Shown here: piece by piece, positions 48,701 through 63,441 of the stretch | Numbering within the stretch: the stretch's first letter is position 1 | Layout: every line of letters begins with the position of its first letter | Assembly (NCBI GenBank): GCA_044892525.1 | Contig: CM097885.1 | Span: forward strand, 35,836,001-35,900,000 | Source: Schmidtea polychroa | Lineage: Eukaryota | Length of the DNA: 64,000 nucleotides | Reading direction: 5' to 3' | Notes under the pieces: generated by a model | Databases searched by the model: none | Seen by the model: the letters and a program-made list of their open reading frames with translations, nothing else | Told to the model about the DNA's origin: nothing | Program-made: the position numbers and the translations under genes

Positions 48701-51700
48701 TTAAACACTTTCATGGACAATGACTGCATAATATGCAGTGCATATGCAGTAAAATTAGTATTTTGATTTGTAAGGAAATGTTTTGCAGACAAATTTTATA
48801 ATAACATATTATTAAATAGTTTCTGTCCTCCTAAATTGCTAGTCTTATAGAAAAAAAGCACATAAAAAACTTTATGCAATCAAACAATTTCGCGGAAACT
48901 CCGGTAAAAATTGTGATTGAGATTAATTTTTTATGAAAAGAAAATTGAAAGTGTNNNNNNNNNNNNNNNNNNNNNNNNNNNNNNNNNNNNNNNNNNNNNN
49001 NNNNNNNNNNNNNNNNNNNNNNNNNNNNNNNNNNNNNNNNNNNNNNNNNNNNNNNNNNNNNNNNNNNNNNNNNNNNNNNNNNNNNNNNNNNNNNNNNNNN
49101 NNNNNNNNNNNNNNNNNNNNNNNNNNNNNNNNNNNNNNNNNNNNNNNNNNNNNNNNNNNNNNNNNNNNNNNNNNNNNNNNNNNNNNNNNNNNNNNNNNNN
49201 NNNNNNNNNNNNNNNNNNNNNNNNNNNNNNNNNNNNNNNNNNNNNNNNNNNNNNNNNNNNNNNNNNNNNNNNNNTTCAATATTTTTGATTATATTACTTT
49301 TAAATTTCTGCCAATTTTCTACATCCTTATTTTGTAAATAATTGCAGTTTGAATCTAAAAATATTCACTAATATCTTTTACGACAATTTTTTGTAACCGC
49401 ATTAATCACAATTTTATTTATATACATTGCTTGTGTTCTTTAGGTTAAATGTATTCTAATTTGTTTTCGATTTTTCAATTATATATTAGGTATTTTCATA
49501 AGCAAATGTTCTATTAAAGCTCAGTGATTCATGTGATTTATGCAATTTCTGCAGAAATGAGTTTGAAAATAAATACAATTTGATTTAATAATGACTTCAG
49601 ATTTTGTTGTTGAATTTAATATTTGCAGGTCAAGCCGGAAAATGACAAACACCAAGGGTTGGGTTTTATTTTACTGTTCCCTAATTATATATACATATAT
49701 TGTTATTTATGAAGACATTATCGTCAGTTATCACGAGATCGACAATTGCCCCCAGTTCCCGACACTGGGGATTTTGTTATGATTCAAGCAAATAGTTTGC
49801 GGAAACCAAGTTTCAAGCAAAACAAAAATAATGATTCTTCCCAAAAAACCAAAGAACAACCTAAACTAACTTCAGAAGATTATGGCAGCATTACAGAATC
49901 GGATACTTACTGTGACTCAAGAAATAATAACCAATTTTCAAATAATAATCAGGTTGGAAATTTTTCAATAGCTTAATTTTAAAAATTTTACAATATTGAT
50001 TNNNNNNNNNNNNNNNNNNNNNNNNNNNNNNNNNNNNNNNNNNNNNNNNNNNNNNNNNNNNNNNNNNNNNNNNNNNNNNNNNNNNNNNNNNNNNNNNNNN
50101 NNNNNNNNNNNNNNNNNNNNNNNNNNNNNNNNNNNNNNNNNNNNNNNNNNNNNNNNNNNNNNNNNNNNNNNNNNNNNNNNNNNNNNNNNNNNNNNNNNNN
50201 NNNNNNNNNNNNNNNNNNNNNNNNNNNNNNNNNNNNNNNNNNNNNNNNNNNNNNNNNNNNNNNNNNNNNNNNNNNNNNNNNNNNNNNNNNNNNNNNNNNN
50301 NNNNNNNNNNNNNNNNNNNNNNNNNNNNNNNNNNNNNNNNNNNNNNNNNNNNNNNNNNNNNNNNNNNNNNNNNNNNNNNNNNNNNNNGAATCGAGAAACT
50401 GAATGCCAATTCTAACAGAATCAGTTTATTTTTATCCTTATTGGCCTAATGTATTATCGATGACGTCATCGAAGCATTGAATTGCCGTGATTCATTTCTG
50501 GTTAATAAATTCAACTAGTATAATCTCTATGAAAAATCAGTCAAGAAAATTGATAATCTACTGCATGGATGTTTGTTGTTAATTGATTGATCTATACTTT
50601 AAATTACACAAATCTCTCATTGAATTCGGTTGGAATATATTAACATAGGAAAATTATTAAAAGATTTAATTAACATTTGGCATTCGTGCATAAATCATTA
50701 AGCGGCATGTCAATATTTAATTGTGTTAGTAATTAATCCAGATCATCCATATTGATGTCTCTATCTTTCTTTTGATGTTTTTTTTAAAAATACTATCAGT
50801 TTTGGTTCTTAAATATTTCAATTTTATGATTCTATTGATTTTCTCATATTTTGGTGACATATTTTTAATAATTTTTTTAATTATAATTATTGATTTTTTA
50901 AATTCGATAATTTTAAACCAAATGTTCGGACAAGTTCAATTTACACAAAATCAATTGTTATACCTGGATATTTCTTTGCGCAATGAAAAATTCAATTTTA
51001 ATCGAATTAAATTAATATTAATTAATAAATATCAATTAATTAATATTGATTAATGAATATCGATTAATTTATATTGATTAATTATCATTGAATATAATTA
51101 TTAAATATATTCGTAATTTGTTTTTGAAATATTTGCATTGCTTAAAACTCATATTTGTGGTTTCACTGTTTAATGAAGAGTTGTAACTATGACTAAATCG
51201 ATGTAAGAGGCGATGAATTCGGAGAAAAAGATTGCACTTGAAGCGAATGACAGTTCTATTATTTGGTGTGCATTTGCAATTAAGGTTACTTTAAACTATT
51301 AACTCAAAAAAGAAATTTTAAAATAATCTGTACTAAATTGAATACATTTGGCAACAATTAAATTTAATAGTCATATATTGTTAATAGATAGGGAATGGTG
51401 GATAACAACCAAAATCATATCCTATTTTATGAAAATCTATTCATATTTTACAAAGGTTGCAAGATAATATCAAGTTTCGCAAGCACTATAATTTATATAA
51501 CATCAAATTTATTAGGAAATTTTCAAGTGCCGACTAAGTTTTAGCTAATTGTTTCCCTGCAGAATTAATAAACATAATTCATACAAAAGACTACTCTTAC
51601 TGGAAGCAGGAGCTTAACAGAATTTCTACTTTTAAATTTCCTTATGAGCGATTAATATATCTGCTCTGTGAAAATGCAAAATGGAAATTTCATTGCAAAA

Positions 51701-54119
51701 AACTTTTTTCATTTATAAGTCTAAAAATCCCTGAACAAAGCAATTTTAATTTGCGTGAAATTTTAGTCATTTTAATCTCTAAATGGTAAAAATAATCGTA
51801 AATAAAAATGTTTGTTTTGAAAGATAATTCAAACGAATGAAATCCTTTATCTTTTACATTATTGGTTTTTTTTATATTTCATTAATCATCATTTCTTGTT
51901 CTAGATTAAGGTTTCCCAAAGTTTTCCTCTGATAGAATATTTCTTTAATCCTGAAATTTTATTAAGTAAAAAAACCTAAAACACACCAGTATCATCTGAA
52001 TTTCCCGATAGACGTTAATCCAAAATATAAATGGTCTATTCATAGTTGACTCTTGTTCTTTAATATTAGGTTTTTGAAGAAACAACAGTTTATATATCCT
52101 TCTTCAATCGTAGATGTATCGTTCTAATTACCAGTCTTTCTTTTATCTAAGTTTCTGTCTTTAACAATTTTGTCACAATGTTATTTTTAGGGAAATTTAT
52201 ACAGTTTATATTTCCAACAGTATGTATAGGTCTAATGTTATGTGAATAATTTGCAATCAGTTTCGATTCAAATTCGATTAAATTTTAATGATTAAAACAG
52301 CACAGACTTACTTGTGAAACATGTAATATGTTGAACACGTATCCACACTCTGTTTTGTTTGATCTTTTATCTAGATTTGAGAATAATATTAATAAGCTCG
52401 GTCAACCGATTTGACAATCTTGGAAACTGTTGACAGAATAATGATAGTTGTCCATCCGGTGTTTTCGAGGGACACCTATTTACTTTCATTGAAACAAAAA
52501 TATTCCGTGGGACATAGTTTGAGAAACCCTGTTTTACACTATCGATCAATAATTTATTTTATATTTAATACTCGTTGTTAAATGTACACCGCGGTTCAAT
52601 TCATAAAGATCGTTTATAATATAAAACGATAATCAATAAATTATTTTATAAGAAACCTACAAACACGGCACACGTAATTTCTATAGTAAATCAAACATCT
52701 AAACAATCGATAAAATACACAACCTACAAAGATGGTCATTTTTAATCAAATAATTTCTTTTAAATAAAATTGGAAAACATTTCGTAGGCCAGTACTTGAA
52801 GTACACTTTCATTTTTGGAAAAATTAAGAAAGAAATTCGTGAGTTTTGATTGTTTATTATTACTAATTGTTGTTGAATTATTTTTAAATAATCATTTTTT
52901 ACCTTATTAAAAAATCAATTACAAAATTTTTGATAATAATGGAAATTAATGTGCTTAAACAAATTTTTTAATCTTGATAGTATAATAAATTTAACAATTG
53001 AAAATATCTTATATTTTTTGAAAAATCCTCCATTAAAATCCACGTAGATAATTTAGAATATGAAATTCCCAAAATTTGATAAAAAATCTGGACAATAATT
53101 TGCTAGCGCTAATACTGCACTCCATAAAGTTTTATATTTTGAAACGTGGTATAAAACAAAATATCGATCGATAGTTTAAATAAAAAAGATAAAAGTTTTA
53201 ATTGATTTGAATTAGCTTCCAAATTCCCAAAATCTGCCTAAATAACAATTGAAACAGTTAAGTAAATAAAACTAATGTTTCACGATTTAGAGATTAATTT
53301 TTATTACCATAAAGCTTTACTGGATGCTGAATAACTTATTGTCTACTAGCCATTTGATAATTTTAGAATAAATGCATCTGGCTTACGATCTAAAATGAAT
53401 TTTTTTAAAATATTAAATTTATTGGAATTAAAATTATTTCATTTTCTACAGCCAGGTCCATTTAAATTGGGCATTTGTGATGAAATAAAAGATGTTGATC
53501 CCCTTTATGCCAGTGTATTACCTCATGCAAAGAGATCAGAGAGTCATGGTAGTTTTAACATTTTGTATTAAGATTTGTATAAATTATTTAATCAGAAAAA
53601 TCAAATATTCCACAGAATTTTGATCACGATGATTTCCTTCTCAATAATCTTAACGATCACGGATATTCTATTATAATGAAAAAATCGTCAATCAATGAGT
53701 TTGTAAGTCATTGCAATATTGCATATAAATTTTATTATTTCTATCATTTTTTATTTTTATTATCAAATTAATTTCATGATAATTATATTCGATGAAAATT
53801 TCGATGACATTAACAATCAAAATTTATTGCTTTTATCTCTTACATTTTATCATTTATCTTCTATCCTTGCCATTTTCACAAGTTATATTTAATCATATTA
53901 TATTCTCAAGATTAAAGTGAAATTATTAGTTTTCTAATTCATAAATTATTTTTTTAGTTCCTAAAATAATCAAGTAATGTTTTATTATTAAAATGTCTAA
54001 AATACTGCTATTTATCATTTTAATTTCTATTTTATTCAAACGTCATTAAATCATAAAAATAATTAAATTAAAGTTTAATATTTGATTAATTTTAGAGAAA
54101 CCTCTGAAATAAATTTTTA

Positions 54120-54173
<54 letters not shown>

Positions 54174-57100
54174 ATTATAAAAATAATAATAATTAATAAT
54201 AATAGATATTAATTTTNNNNNNNNNNNNNNNNNNNNNNNNNNNNNNNNNNNNNNNNNNNNNNNNNNNNNNNNNNNNNNNNNNNNNNNNNNNNNNNNNNNN
54301 NNNNNNNNNNNNNNNNNNNNNNNNNNNNNNNNNNNNNNNNNNNNNNNNNNNNNNNNNNNNNNNNNNNNNNNNNNNNNNNNNNNNNNNNNNNNNNNNTTTT
54401 GTACTTATCGTTCAATATTACTTAGAAACGGTTTATGCTAGTATCTTTTATCATAGGTTGGTGAAGCGAAGCNNNNNNNNNNNNNNNNNNNNNNNNNNNN
54501 NNNNNNNNNNNNNNNNNNNNNNNNNNNNNNNNNNNNNNNNNNNNNNNNNNNNNNNNNNNNNNNNNNNNNNNNNNNNNNNNNNNNNNNNNNNNNNNNNNNN
54601 NNNNNNNNNNNNNNNNNNNNCAAGATTTTTTGCTTAGTTTTTTTAATCCTATGATCATTCTCATTATCAAAATGATGCAGGATAGGATAAATTTCAGTTT
54701 CTAACTTACAATATCATTACTGATACATAGTCAATTCTTTAATAAAATCGGAAATGAAAATTGAAAAATGTTCTTATAATACAATATTATTCCAAATATC
54801 AAAAAGAATTCATATATTAATAAGTAATATTTCATTCATATATAAAATAATTCAAATGACGCAATCCCTTATACTCTATGTACATCAGGAATCCCACCCT
54901 ATTTATTGAAGATGAAATTTGGTACATTTGTTATGTTACTAATAAATCTTAATCCGAAGAAAAGATTGCTCAATGACACCATATTGAATATTAATAGTTT
55001 ACATCAAAGCAGAAATTATAACAAGTAGTAATAGCGATGAAGAAATTTGCATTATTCGAATTGATTTGGTGTCAATTGATAGTGGTATGCCGTTTAGATA
55101 ACGCATGGTCAATATCCGGAAATATTGATATTAACAAAACCCGAAGCCAGTCTCTTGATCACGTCGGTGTTCATTGATGTCTTCATCACAATAATCTAAA
55201 GGTGTCATTACATTTTCATCCTTTATTTTCCTCTATTTCTTCAGATTTTTTATTGTTTCAATATTTTTTATCCAAGAATTTCGCTTTAAAAATAAAAATA
55301 AAAATAACAATATATAATTTTAATAAATCATATTATTTAGTATTTTCTGGTAAATCAGGAAACTATTGAATGAAATAACTGTTGAGTTTGTAACTTAATA
55401 TAACTCTGCCATCATATCAGGCGGAAAATTGAGCCAATTACAACGTTAATATGTAGTCTAGACTTTCAGACCACATTGTAAAAATATATATAATTTTTAT
55501 TATTATTGTCACTTTCANNNNNNNNNNNNNNNNNNNNNNNNNNNNNNNNNNNNNNNNNNNNNNNNNNNNNNNNNNNNNNNNNNNNNNNNNNNNNNNNNNN
55601 NNNNNNNNNNNNNNNNNNNNNNNNNNNNNNNNNNNNNNNNNNNNNNNNNNNNNNNNNNNNNNNNNNNNNNNNNNNNNNNNNATAAAGTTAAAGGAACCAA
55701 ATACTTTTTTTATCAACGACACATGTAGGATTTATTTTTCAACAAAATTTTCTTTAATACTGATGAACTTTTTCCAACATCCATCTTTGATTTAAAAGCC
55801 ATTTTGATGAATTCTTGTCCCTTCTCTACAAGAACCTTCTTTTTCATGCTTTGATTACAATATTTGACTTCTTAAATCCCACGTTAAGTGATTAAACAAC
55901 CAAAAATCACTAAGTACAACATCTGGCCTGTATGGTGTTGGTCCAACGGCACAAACACTTATTTTGCTACTACTTCCTGTGTTCGATAAGATATGTGGAG
56001 CGTTATTATAGACCAAGGCAGTGTAGTACACTGAGTTGGAATAATCCACCTCAAGGACTGCGTTACCACCAAAAAATGCACTTGACATCACGCATTTTTT
56101 ATATGAAATACATGAACCTTTGTCCGCTTCTCTCCAAGTAATGCATACTCTATATTATTGTCTAGATCAGGGGTTGGGAACCTGCGGCCTCCGGAGCCTT
56201 ATCGAAATAAATCTTAATTTATATAGAAAACCTTGAATTTTGAGGATTTACAAATAAAAATACTTGTAACTACTGAACTGTATATATACCGTACTGTACA
56301 AGCAACCCGCCGAGTACACAGAAATATAAATGTCAATCATTCACACCCATAAATACAAAACGTATGTAGAAGAATAAATAAGAATATTGAGCACTCATTT
56401 TTGAAATGATGACTTATTTGCATCAATTTTTCGATTCAGAACTAATAAAAATTTTCCAGAATATTTCGTACAGCTGCATATTTTCAAATCTGGAGACTAA
56501 ACAAAAGATTTAAAATGAAATTAATTAATGTTAAAATACTGTTTGACTGCGGCCCCATTTGGAGGCGACAAATTTCAATTTGGCCTATGGAAATAAAAAG
56601 GTTCCCCATCCCTGGTCTAGATTGAGGTATGTAGAGACTCAAATGTGTTATGATATTTGCCAGAAAGCTTGGTCCGGTGCAAATCAATAGGAAAAGTTTA
56701 TTTCCGCAAGCAAACTTTCGTCTATCCATCATCTCAGCCGTCAAATACCACGTAACGAAACTACTACACATTTCTAATTCCCAATTGTTGAAACATAAAC
56801 TTTCAAACATTTAGTTTAAGAACATCTCCGTTTGTATGAGTTTTCACCATTAGTTCTTCCATTTCGTTGATTACCAAAAACACTTGTTTTGCCGCACGAA
56901 ATCCAGTTATATATTGTTGCTATTGAAGGAGCTTCTCCTCCATATGCTTCTTCAATCTCTTTATAAATTTACTTTTCTACCTTCCTTAAAAGTAGAAATC
57001 GTATTACGCTTCTCAATTCTACTGCATCAAATATTTTTTTAAAAGTCTCAGAATAACTGAGATCAAATTATATTAATACATTAAAACAAACTTTAGATTT

Positions 57101-60100
57101 ATAACTTTGTGTTCAAATATAAAAGAACATTATCATAACATTATTATTTCTATGCTAATATAAGGACTTTTTAGTCTTACCACGTGTTTATTTTGTTTAT
57201 TACAATTGCATTGATAAATAATACTATTAATTTGCCTCTATTTCATAAACCAGACAAATTAAATTCGAATTAAATTAAGCTAATAGCATTAAATAATTAT
57301 ATACGAAATTATATTATTCAGTAAACATTGGTATGTAGCATATATAGATAGGTAGTATTCGTATACTGACTATCAAAAAAATGTGAACAAATGAGTTGAC
57401 AATCAAAAATTTAATAAATTTAAGTTTTTTATAAATGCCTCTATGAAATTCAGACTGAATTGTTTATGTCAGCAATCTTTTCTTAAAAAATATAAAATTA
57501 AGATTTAATTTGTTTGTTTTACTTTTATCGGTATCATTTGAAAATTTTCTGTTGCGTTTCCTGAAATTTCTTTTGCTTCATCATTGAAATTTTATCGGAA
57601 ATATTCTTATAGAACTTCATATTAAAATTAATTTTTAATTTAGCTAAGAAACATATAAGTGGGTTGGTAATTTTGTATATTTAGTGAAAAGAACATAATT
57701 TAAACATATTTAAACACATATTTAAACATATACTATGAATCTTGATTATTTTCATCGAATTTTTCAACATCTAAACTGGTTAATGATTGTAACAATTCAT
57801 CATAGTGATAAAAGCAGCAGTTGAGGATAATTGCTCAAAGCATTAATTCGAAACTTGTTCTTGGTCAACTTTTACATTGCTTTCTGTTTTCTGTACTTTA
57901 CTTGTATACTTCATACATTATATTTCCTCAAGTTATTCTAGCTGAAGTACTAATATTTATGAAGAGCACATTTAAAGCTTTTCATTAAAATTATTGTTTA
58001 ATATTTTCTAACCATACATTATAAGTTTACATAATATTTAATTTTCGAATTGTTACCAACCATATTTATCATATTTATAACCATTTAGATTTTTTATATG
58101 AATATATTTTTAATTAGTTTAATATATTTATTATTCTTTCATATTATTTCATTTTTCACCTTCATTACCCAAGGAATTTCGTTTTTACCTTTTTTTAAAT
58201 AATTTACTGTTTTAACTTTGAATCTTATCCCCTAGTTTCTAACATGAAGAATGATATTTTTGTAGTATTTTCCATCAGTCACATTTTTCTTTCCAAATTT
58301 AAAATAGTCAGATCTTTAGACATAAAGGTTAAGTTGAAAGTAATTATATGATTATATTTATTCATATTTAGAATTCTTCTATTTACTTTTAGTTTGTTAA
58401 TTTGTTGAATTAAGTATGAATCATGATTATAGGCAGTGAATAAAACATAAACACGACGTTTAGTCACGCCCAACCTCTTCTTTAAAAGAAATTACGTTAC
58501 CTCAGTGTATCGATTTCGTTTTAATAGAATAATTGATATTTTACTTTCTTTATTAAAAAAGAGCGTTCATATCTCATCTGACCAATATCTTCAAATGGCT
58601 TTTCCGAGTTCTGGCTACAGGTGTACTTTTATTATTATTTCATTTATGTTAATTATAAACTGACATGTCTGTTGAGCGATACAGAGACACTTATAGTAAC
58701 AAGTACACTTGAAAATCGCGTGTAGATAGGTAAAAAACTGCTTGGTTAAAGCAACATTTTCTAGTAACTGTTTTAAAGTAAACAAATTTTTTTCACACGC
58801 TTTAAAATTGATGTACTTAAAATAAATTTACTTGGTATATTTTAATTTTTTATAACTGGAACAGTCATGGAGTAAGAAAAATATTTATTCAATGACAAAT
58901 TTTTCGATTTTGATATAGAAATCTACCTTAGATTTAAAGTTATTCACCAAGTTGTTTCATCGTAATAATCAAATTTTTTTAATGTTGAAATTTAAAGCTT
59001 TAACGACGAAAATGTTTAGTAGATTCCAAACTATATATTAAAAATAGATAAAATTCATCTGACGACACAATTAGGTACCTAAATTTACTGGATATAATTG
59101 TATAAATGTATAATTGACCTAAATATGACTGAAAATTTATTTAAAAAAAATTAAAAATGAAAAGTAAATTAATATTTCGAAACGCGTAAAAGCTTATGAG
59201 AAATTATGTGAATAATGTTTCAAATCATACCTTATGTTGTTGTCTATATCTAGCGCTATCTTTATAAACGATTTGAACTATCTCAAACTGAACTATAGAT
59301 ACACTTAAAACACGTGTTATTCTTAAAGAAGATTGAGCATATTTCGTTAATATTTACTGAAATTACCCCTGTTGTTTTAGATTTTACTTTTTCACTCAAA
59401 ATATAACCATTGACAAGTATTTAAATAATACTAAACCAAGATTGGTGAGAAACTAAATCCAGGTTTTGCAATTCAAATTCTACATTTTATAATATTTTAC
59501 TAGTGTTTTGTAATATTTCATTTTCTTTCAATTTTATAATATATTATCTAATAAAATTATAATTATATTAAAATTACTTTCAACTTACCCTTTATGTCTA
59601 AAGATCCGGCTACTTTAAATTAGGAAAAAATCGACTGATATGGAAAATATTACGAAGATATCAATCTTCATGTTAGAAATTAGGCGATAAGATTCAAAGT
59701 TAAAGCAGTGATCGAGACACCGGGATAAATTACTCAAAGAGAAGTAAAAGTGACATTTTTGGGGTAATGAAAACAAAAATATATAAATATTATTTAGATC
59801 AATTGAGACTCAATTTTAACTTGAAGGGGTAATATCGACTTAAGCAATTATAGTTTAGGTTAATAAAGTTCCGCGATCCCTAATTTTAAGTAAAATCGTT
59901 GGATTTGAAAAATTTATCAATTTATGCATAATTTTGTATGTCTAACTTTATCTTTTTTTTAATATATAATTTCATTACTTTGTTGACCATACCAATTTTG
60001 CTTGAACTTACTATTTGCATTTTTCACTGAATCCTTTAATTGAATTACTATTTTCTCCATTCTCTCCGATATAATTTACTATTCCATAAAATAATATTTT

Positions 60101-62629
60101 ATATAAATTTAAAATTATTGAGTATTTCTCAGAAAAGGGGAAAATTAATTTTATAAATTTGTTGCTTTTTAAAAGATTAAATTACACATAAATTTCATTT
60201 TAAAGTTTTTAGACAAATATTTATTCAAAGAACTTTTTTTCCAATTTCACTACTGATTTTTTTCCCATTGAAAAACTAGAAAGATTATAAATCAGTAATA
60301 TATCGAAGTTTTTGATAGTCACGAATTTTCGGCACTGCCTTTTTCAAGTGAATTCAAGCTCTTTTTTTAATAAATATTTATTCATTTATAAACCAAAAAC
60401 TCGAGGTTATAAAAAGTCATAATTGTGTAAAAATTCCGAAGCACAAGTAAGAATCATAGCTTTCGTTGAAAAAATGTTATTTTATTAGTGTTCGAACAAA
60501 TACCTAATTACTAATAATTTATTGTCATTCTAATCTTTTTATTTCCGATATTAAGACTGAAAAACATTTAAAAGAAATTATTTTCCATGGATCTTCACTT
60601 GTTCTCAAAACTTCGTTAACAACAATTTCAAACATTTATTCCAAAATTATGCACATAAAAAAAGAAATTATACAAATAAATTACCACCTAATAGCCAAAA
60701 TATTTAATGAAACTAAAAATATCCAAACTTTTGAAGTACATCACATTCATATATTATGCTTAGTTAGATGAGCAACCTCTTAAGTCTTATAGTCCTCATT
60801 AAAACATGATTGTTTAGAACTTTTTTTTATTATGAATGTTTATGCAAAACTTCATTACATTGTATTACACTACTTGGAGTGTTATATATGGTGGACAAGA
60901 AAAAAGGCAAACTTCCTATCTTATAATATTTGTTCTTGGATCTCAAGAGAAGACAAATTGTATCCAATTATGATTTAGAGAATACTTTATTTTGTATTTT
61001 CTCTAGCAATTACATATATTACCTTCATTTTTGAACAAAAACTGATTTATTAAAAGAAACAGTTGATATAAGTTGCTTAAGTATCAAATCCAAATTAAAA
61101 GTAACGTTCGAACTTACAATTGGTCCATTCACTATAAAATATCGTAATTTACGTTGCAAATATGCATCGGTGGGTCAGTTAAAACTAAAGAAAGCGCTTC
61201 GTATATTCTTGAAAATAATTCAAATCTATTTTCCAGAGTATCATTTTTAGAATCGCCTAAACCGAAATTTCCCAATTTTTTGAAGATAGTGTATCTGTTA
61301 GTAGAGTACAATAAGTAAATGGTTTTGAAAAAACGAGTCCTAAAATAATTTCCCTTTTACGTCACTTGTCTTTATAAATTTTGTCAAGCTAAAAAACGAC
61401 TAGCTCTAAATAGTTATAAAGTTTTTCTAAATTATCAACTGGTTTTTTTTAGAAAGGTTTGCATACATAAACATGTATCATAAATTTTTATGAATGTGGT
61501 CAACATAGAAAAACATATTATATTCATTATTAATTCATCATTTCTCATGTACTAGTATCGTACCAGAGATTGGGAACGGATGGTCTAAACTGACAAATCT
61601 ATTTCGTTGTTAAATCAACGATTAATTCCCAGCTGATCTCCATGAATTCCTGAAATTTCTTAATATATTTTCTATTTTATATTACAAAAAACCAATTTCT
61701 TTTTACTTTTTATTAAAAAATCTGCTTATAAAAAATTAATATTTACACAAATAAGAAAATGTGTCATTTCTTAACATTTCAATCCGCAAAATATTTTATT
61801 AATTAACTTATCTTAAATTTTATTATATATCATTTCTCTAATTATTATTCTACCGTTTTAACACCTTTATATGACCGGAACAATATCAGTTTTGAAATAA
61901 GTCATTTGTTATAAATCACACATAAAATCATTAAACACATTAGTAAAGATTTTTAAAATATTTTCTTTTATTAAATATATTTACTCAAAGTATATAATGG
62001 AAATTTTCAGAGTTCCTTAAGAAAGCCAGATAGATCAAAGAATTCAACAAAGGACTTCTGTCGAAAGTCTCTGCAAAGTCTTAACAATCCACCTCCAGGT
62101 GTCCCTATCCGACAATACAAATTAAGTGAATTATTTCATCTGAAAAACGGAGAACGCCCTATGGAATCCGAAGTGAAAATTCGTGAAAACAATTCCTCTT
62201 ATACCTCTAATTTCGCCAGAAGGTTTTCCCAGCCTGTGTCTTTTTCTAAAGAACGAAATACCTCATCTTATATTGATGATTCAAATAAGCAGGATCACGA
62301 TTTATTAAAAAGTAAATAAAGATTTTTTGTAATTTCATTCCTTTGATTTAGGCCTTCAATCGACTTATAACACACCACCTGTCAAACGAGCATCTTTGAG
62401 TAATTTGTGCAAAACAAATTTCAATGATAGCAATTTAAATCTCAATGAATCCAATTTACAACCGGACGAGAATCAAATGAGCAATGAAAATATTCCTGAA
62501 CAAAAAGAAACTTCAGACTTTTACCGTCGAATAACGGTTCGAGAATCCTTGGCAAGCCTTAGAGCTAGAAACGCATTACCGGAAGATACATCATTTTTAA
62601 ATTACCAACCGACACAAACTGCAGCCACA
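45556..62629 (+). CDS. Unidentified multi-exon gene encoding a Ser/Asn/Lys-rich, probably disordered protein; partial. Exons: 45556-45609 (tentative), 46046-46199, 49629-49657, 49715-49952, 53452-53548, 53596-53702, 62011-62311, 62352-62629+(gap)
   Basis: Open, phase-compatible exons with GT-AG sites and 40-57-nt short introns like those of the FAM184 gene. Motifs include RQLPPVP, DPLYASV and HGYSII. No family recognised; further exons may lie in gaps. Confidence 0.6.
45615..45695. repeat. (TA)n microsatellite
   Basis: Direct reading; it explains the IYIY ORF at 45502-45789. Confidence 0.98.
45770..46417 (+). repeat. Copy B of the 648-bp inverted duplication; runs into an N gap
   Basis: Reverse complement of 33513-34160. 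Confidence 0.95.
54860..55210 (+). pseudogene. Helitron PIF1-type helicase C-terminal remnant
   Basis: SGIPPYLLKMKFGTFVMLLINLNPKKRLLNDT...IKAEIITSS...IIRIDL...MPFR...INKTRSQSLDHVGV matches Helitron SGLPPH.L.LKVG.PIMLLRNL....GLCNGT...INKSQGQTL..VG. Confidence 0.8.
55750..57000 (-). pseudogene. mariner transposase remnant, interrupted by a hAT MITE
   Basis: N-terminal HTH-like EAYGGEAPSIATIYNWISCGKTSVFGNQRNGR (about 56950-56850) and C-terminal TPYRPDVVLSDFWLFNHL (PPYSPDLAPSDF.LF motif, about 55930-55880). Confidence 0.75.
56168..56614. mobile_element. hAT (Charlie/Buster-like) MITE with 8-bp TSD GTCTAGAT
   Basis: GTCTAGAT|CAGGGGTTGGGAACCT ... AGGTTCCCCATCCCTG|GTCTAGAT; the TSD fits the NTCTAGAN target preference. 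Confidence 0.92.
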
Positions 62630-63441
62630 NNNNNNNNNNNNNNNNNNNNNNNNNNNNNNNNNNNNNNNNNNNNNNNNNNNNNNNNNNNNNNNNNNNNNNN
62701 NNNNNNNNNNNNNNNNNNNNNNNNNNNNNNNNNNNNNNNNNNNNNNNNNNNNNNNNNNNNNNNNNNNNNNNNNNNNNNNNNNNNNNNNNNNNNNNNNNNN
62801 NNNNNNNNNNNNNNNNNNNNNNNNNNNNNNNNNNNNNNNNNNNNNNNNNNNNNNNNNNNNNNNNNNNNNNNNNNNNNNNNNNNNNNNNNNNNNNNNNNNN
62901 NNNNNNNNNNNNNNNNNNNNNNNNNNNNNNNNNNNNNNNNNNNNNNNNNNNNNNNNNNNNNNNNNNNNNNNNNNNNNNNNNNNNNNNNNNNNNNNNNNNN
63001 NNNNNNNNNNNNNNNNNNNNNNNNNNNNNNNNNNNNNNNNNNNNNNNNNNNNNNNNNNNNNNNNNNNNNNNNNNNNNNNNNNNNNNNNNNNNNNNNNNNN
63101 NNNNNNNNNNNNNNNNNNNNNNNNNNNNNNNNNNNNNNNNNNNNNNNNNNNNNNNNNNNNNNNNNNNNNNNNNNNNNNNNNNNNNNNNNNNNNNNNNNNN
63201 NNNNNNNNNNNNNNNNNNNNNNNNNNNNNNNNNNNNNNNNNNNNNNNNNNNNNNNNNNNNNNNNNNNNNNNNNNNNNNNNNNNNNNNNNNNNNNNNNNNN
63301 NNNNNNNNNNNNNNNNNNNNNNNNNNNNNNNNNNNNNNNNNNNNNNNNNNNNNNNNNNNNNNNNNNNNNNNNNNNNNNNNNNNNNNNNNNNNNNNNNNNN
63401 NNNNNNNNNNNNNNNNNNNNNNNNNNNNNNNNNNNNNNNNN

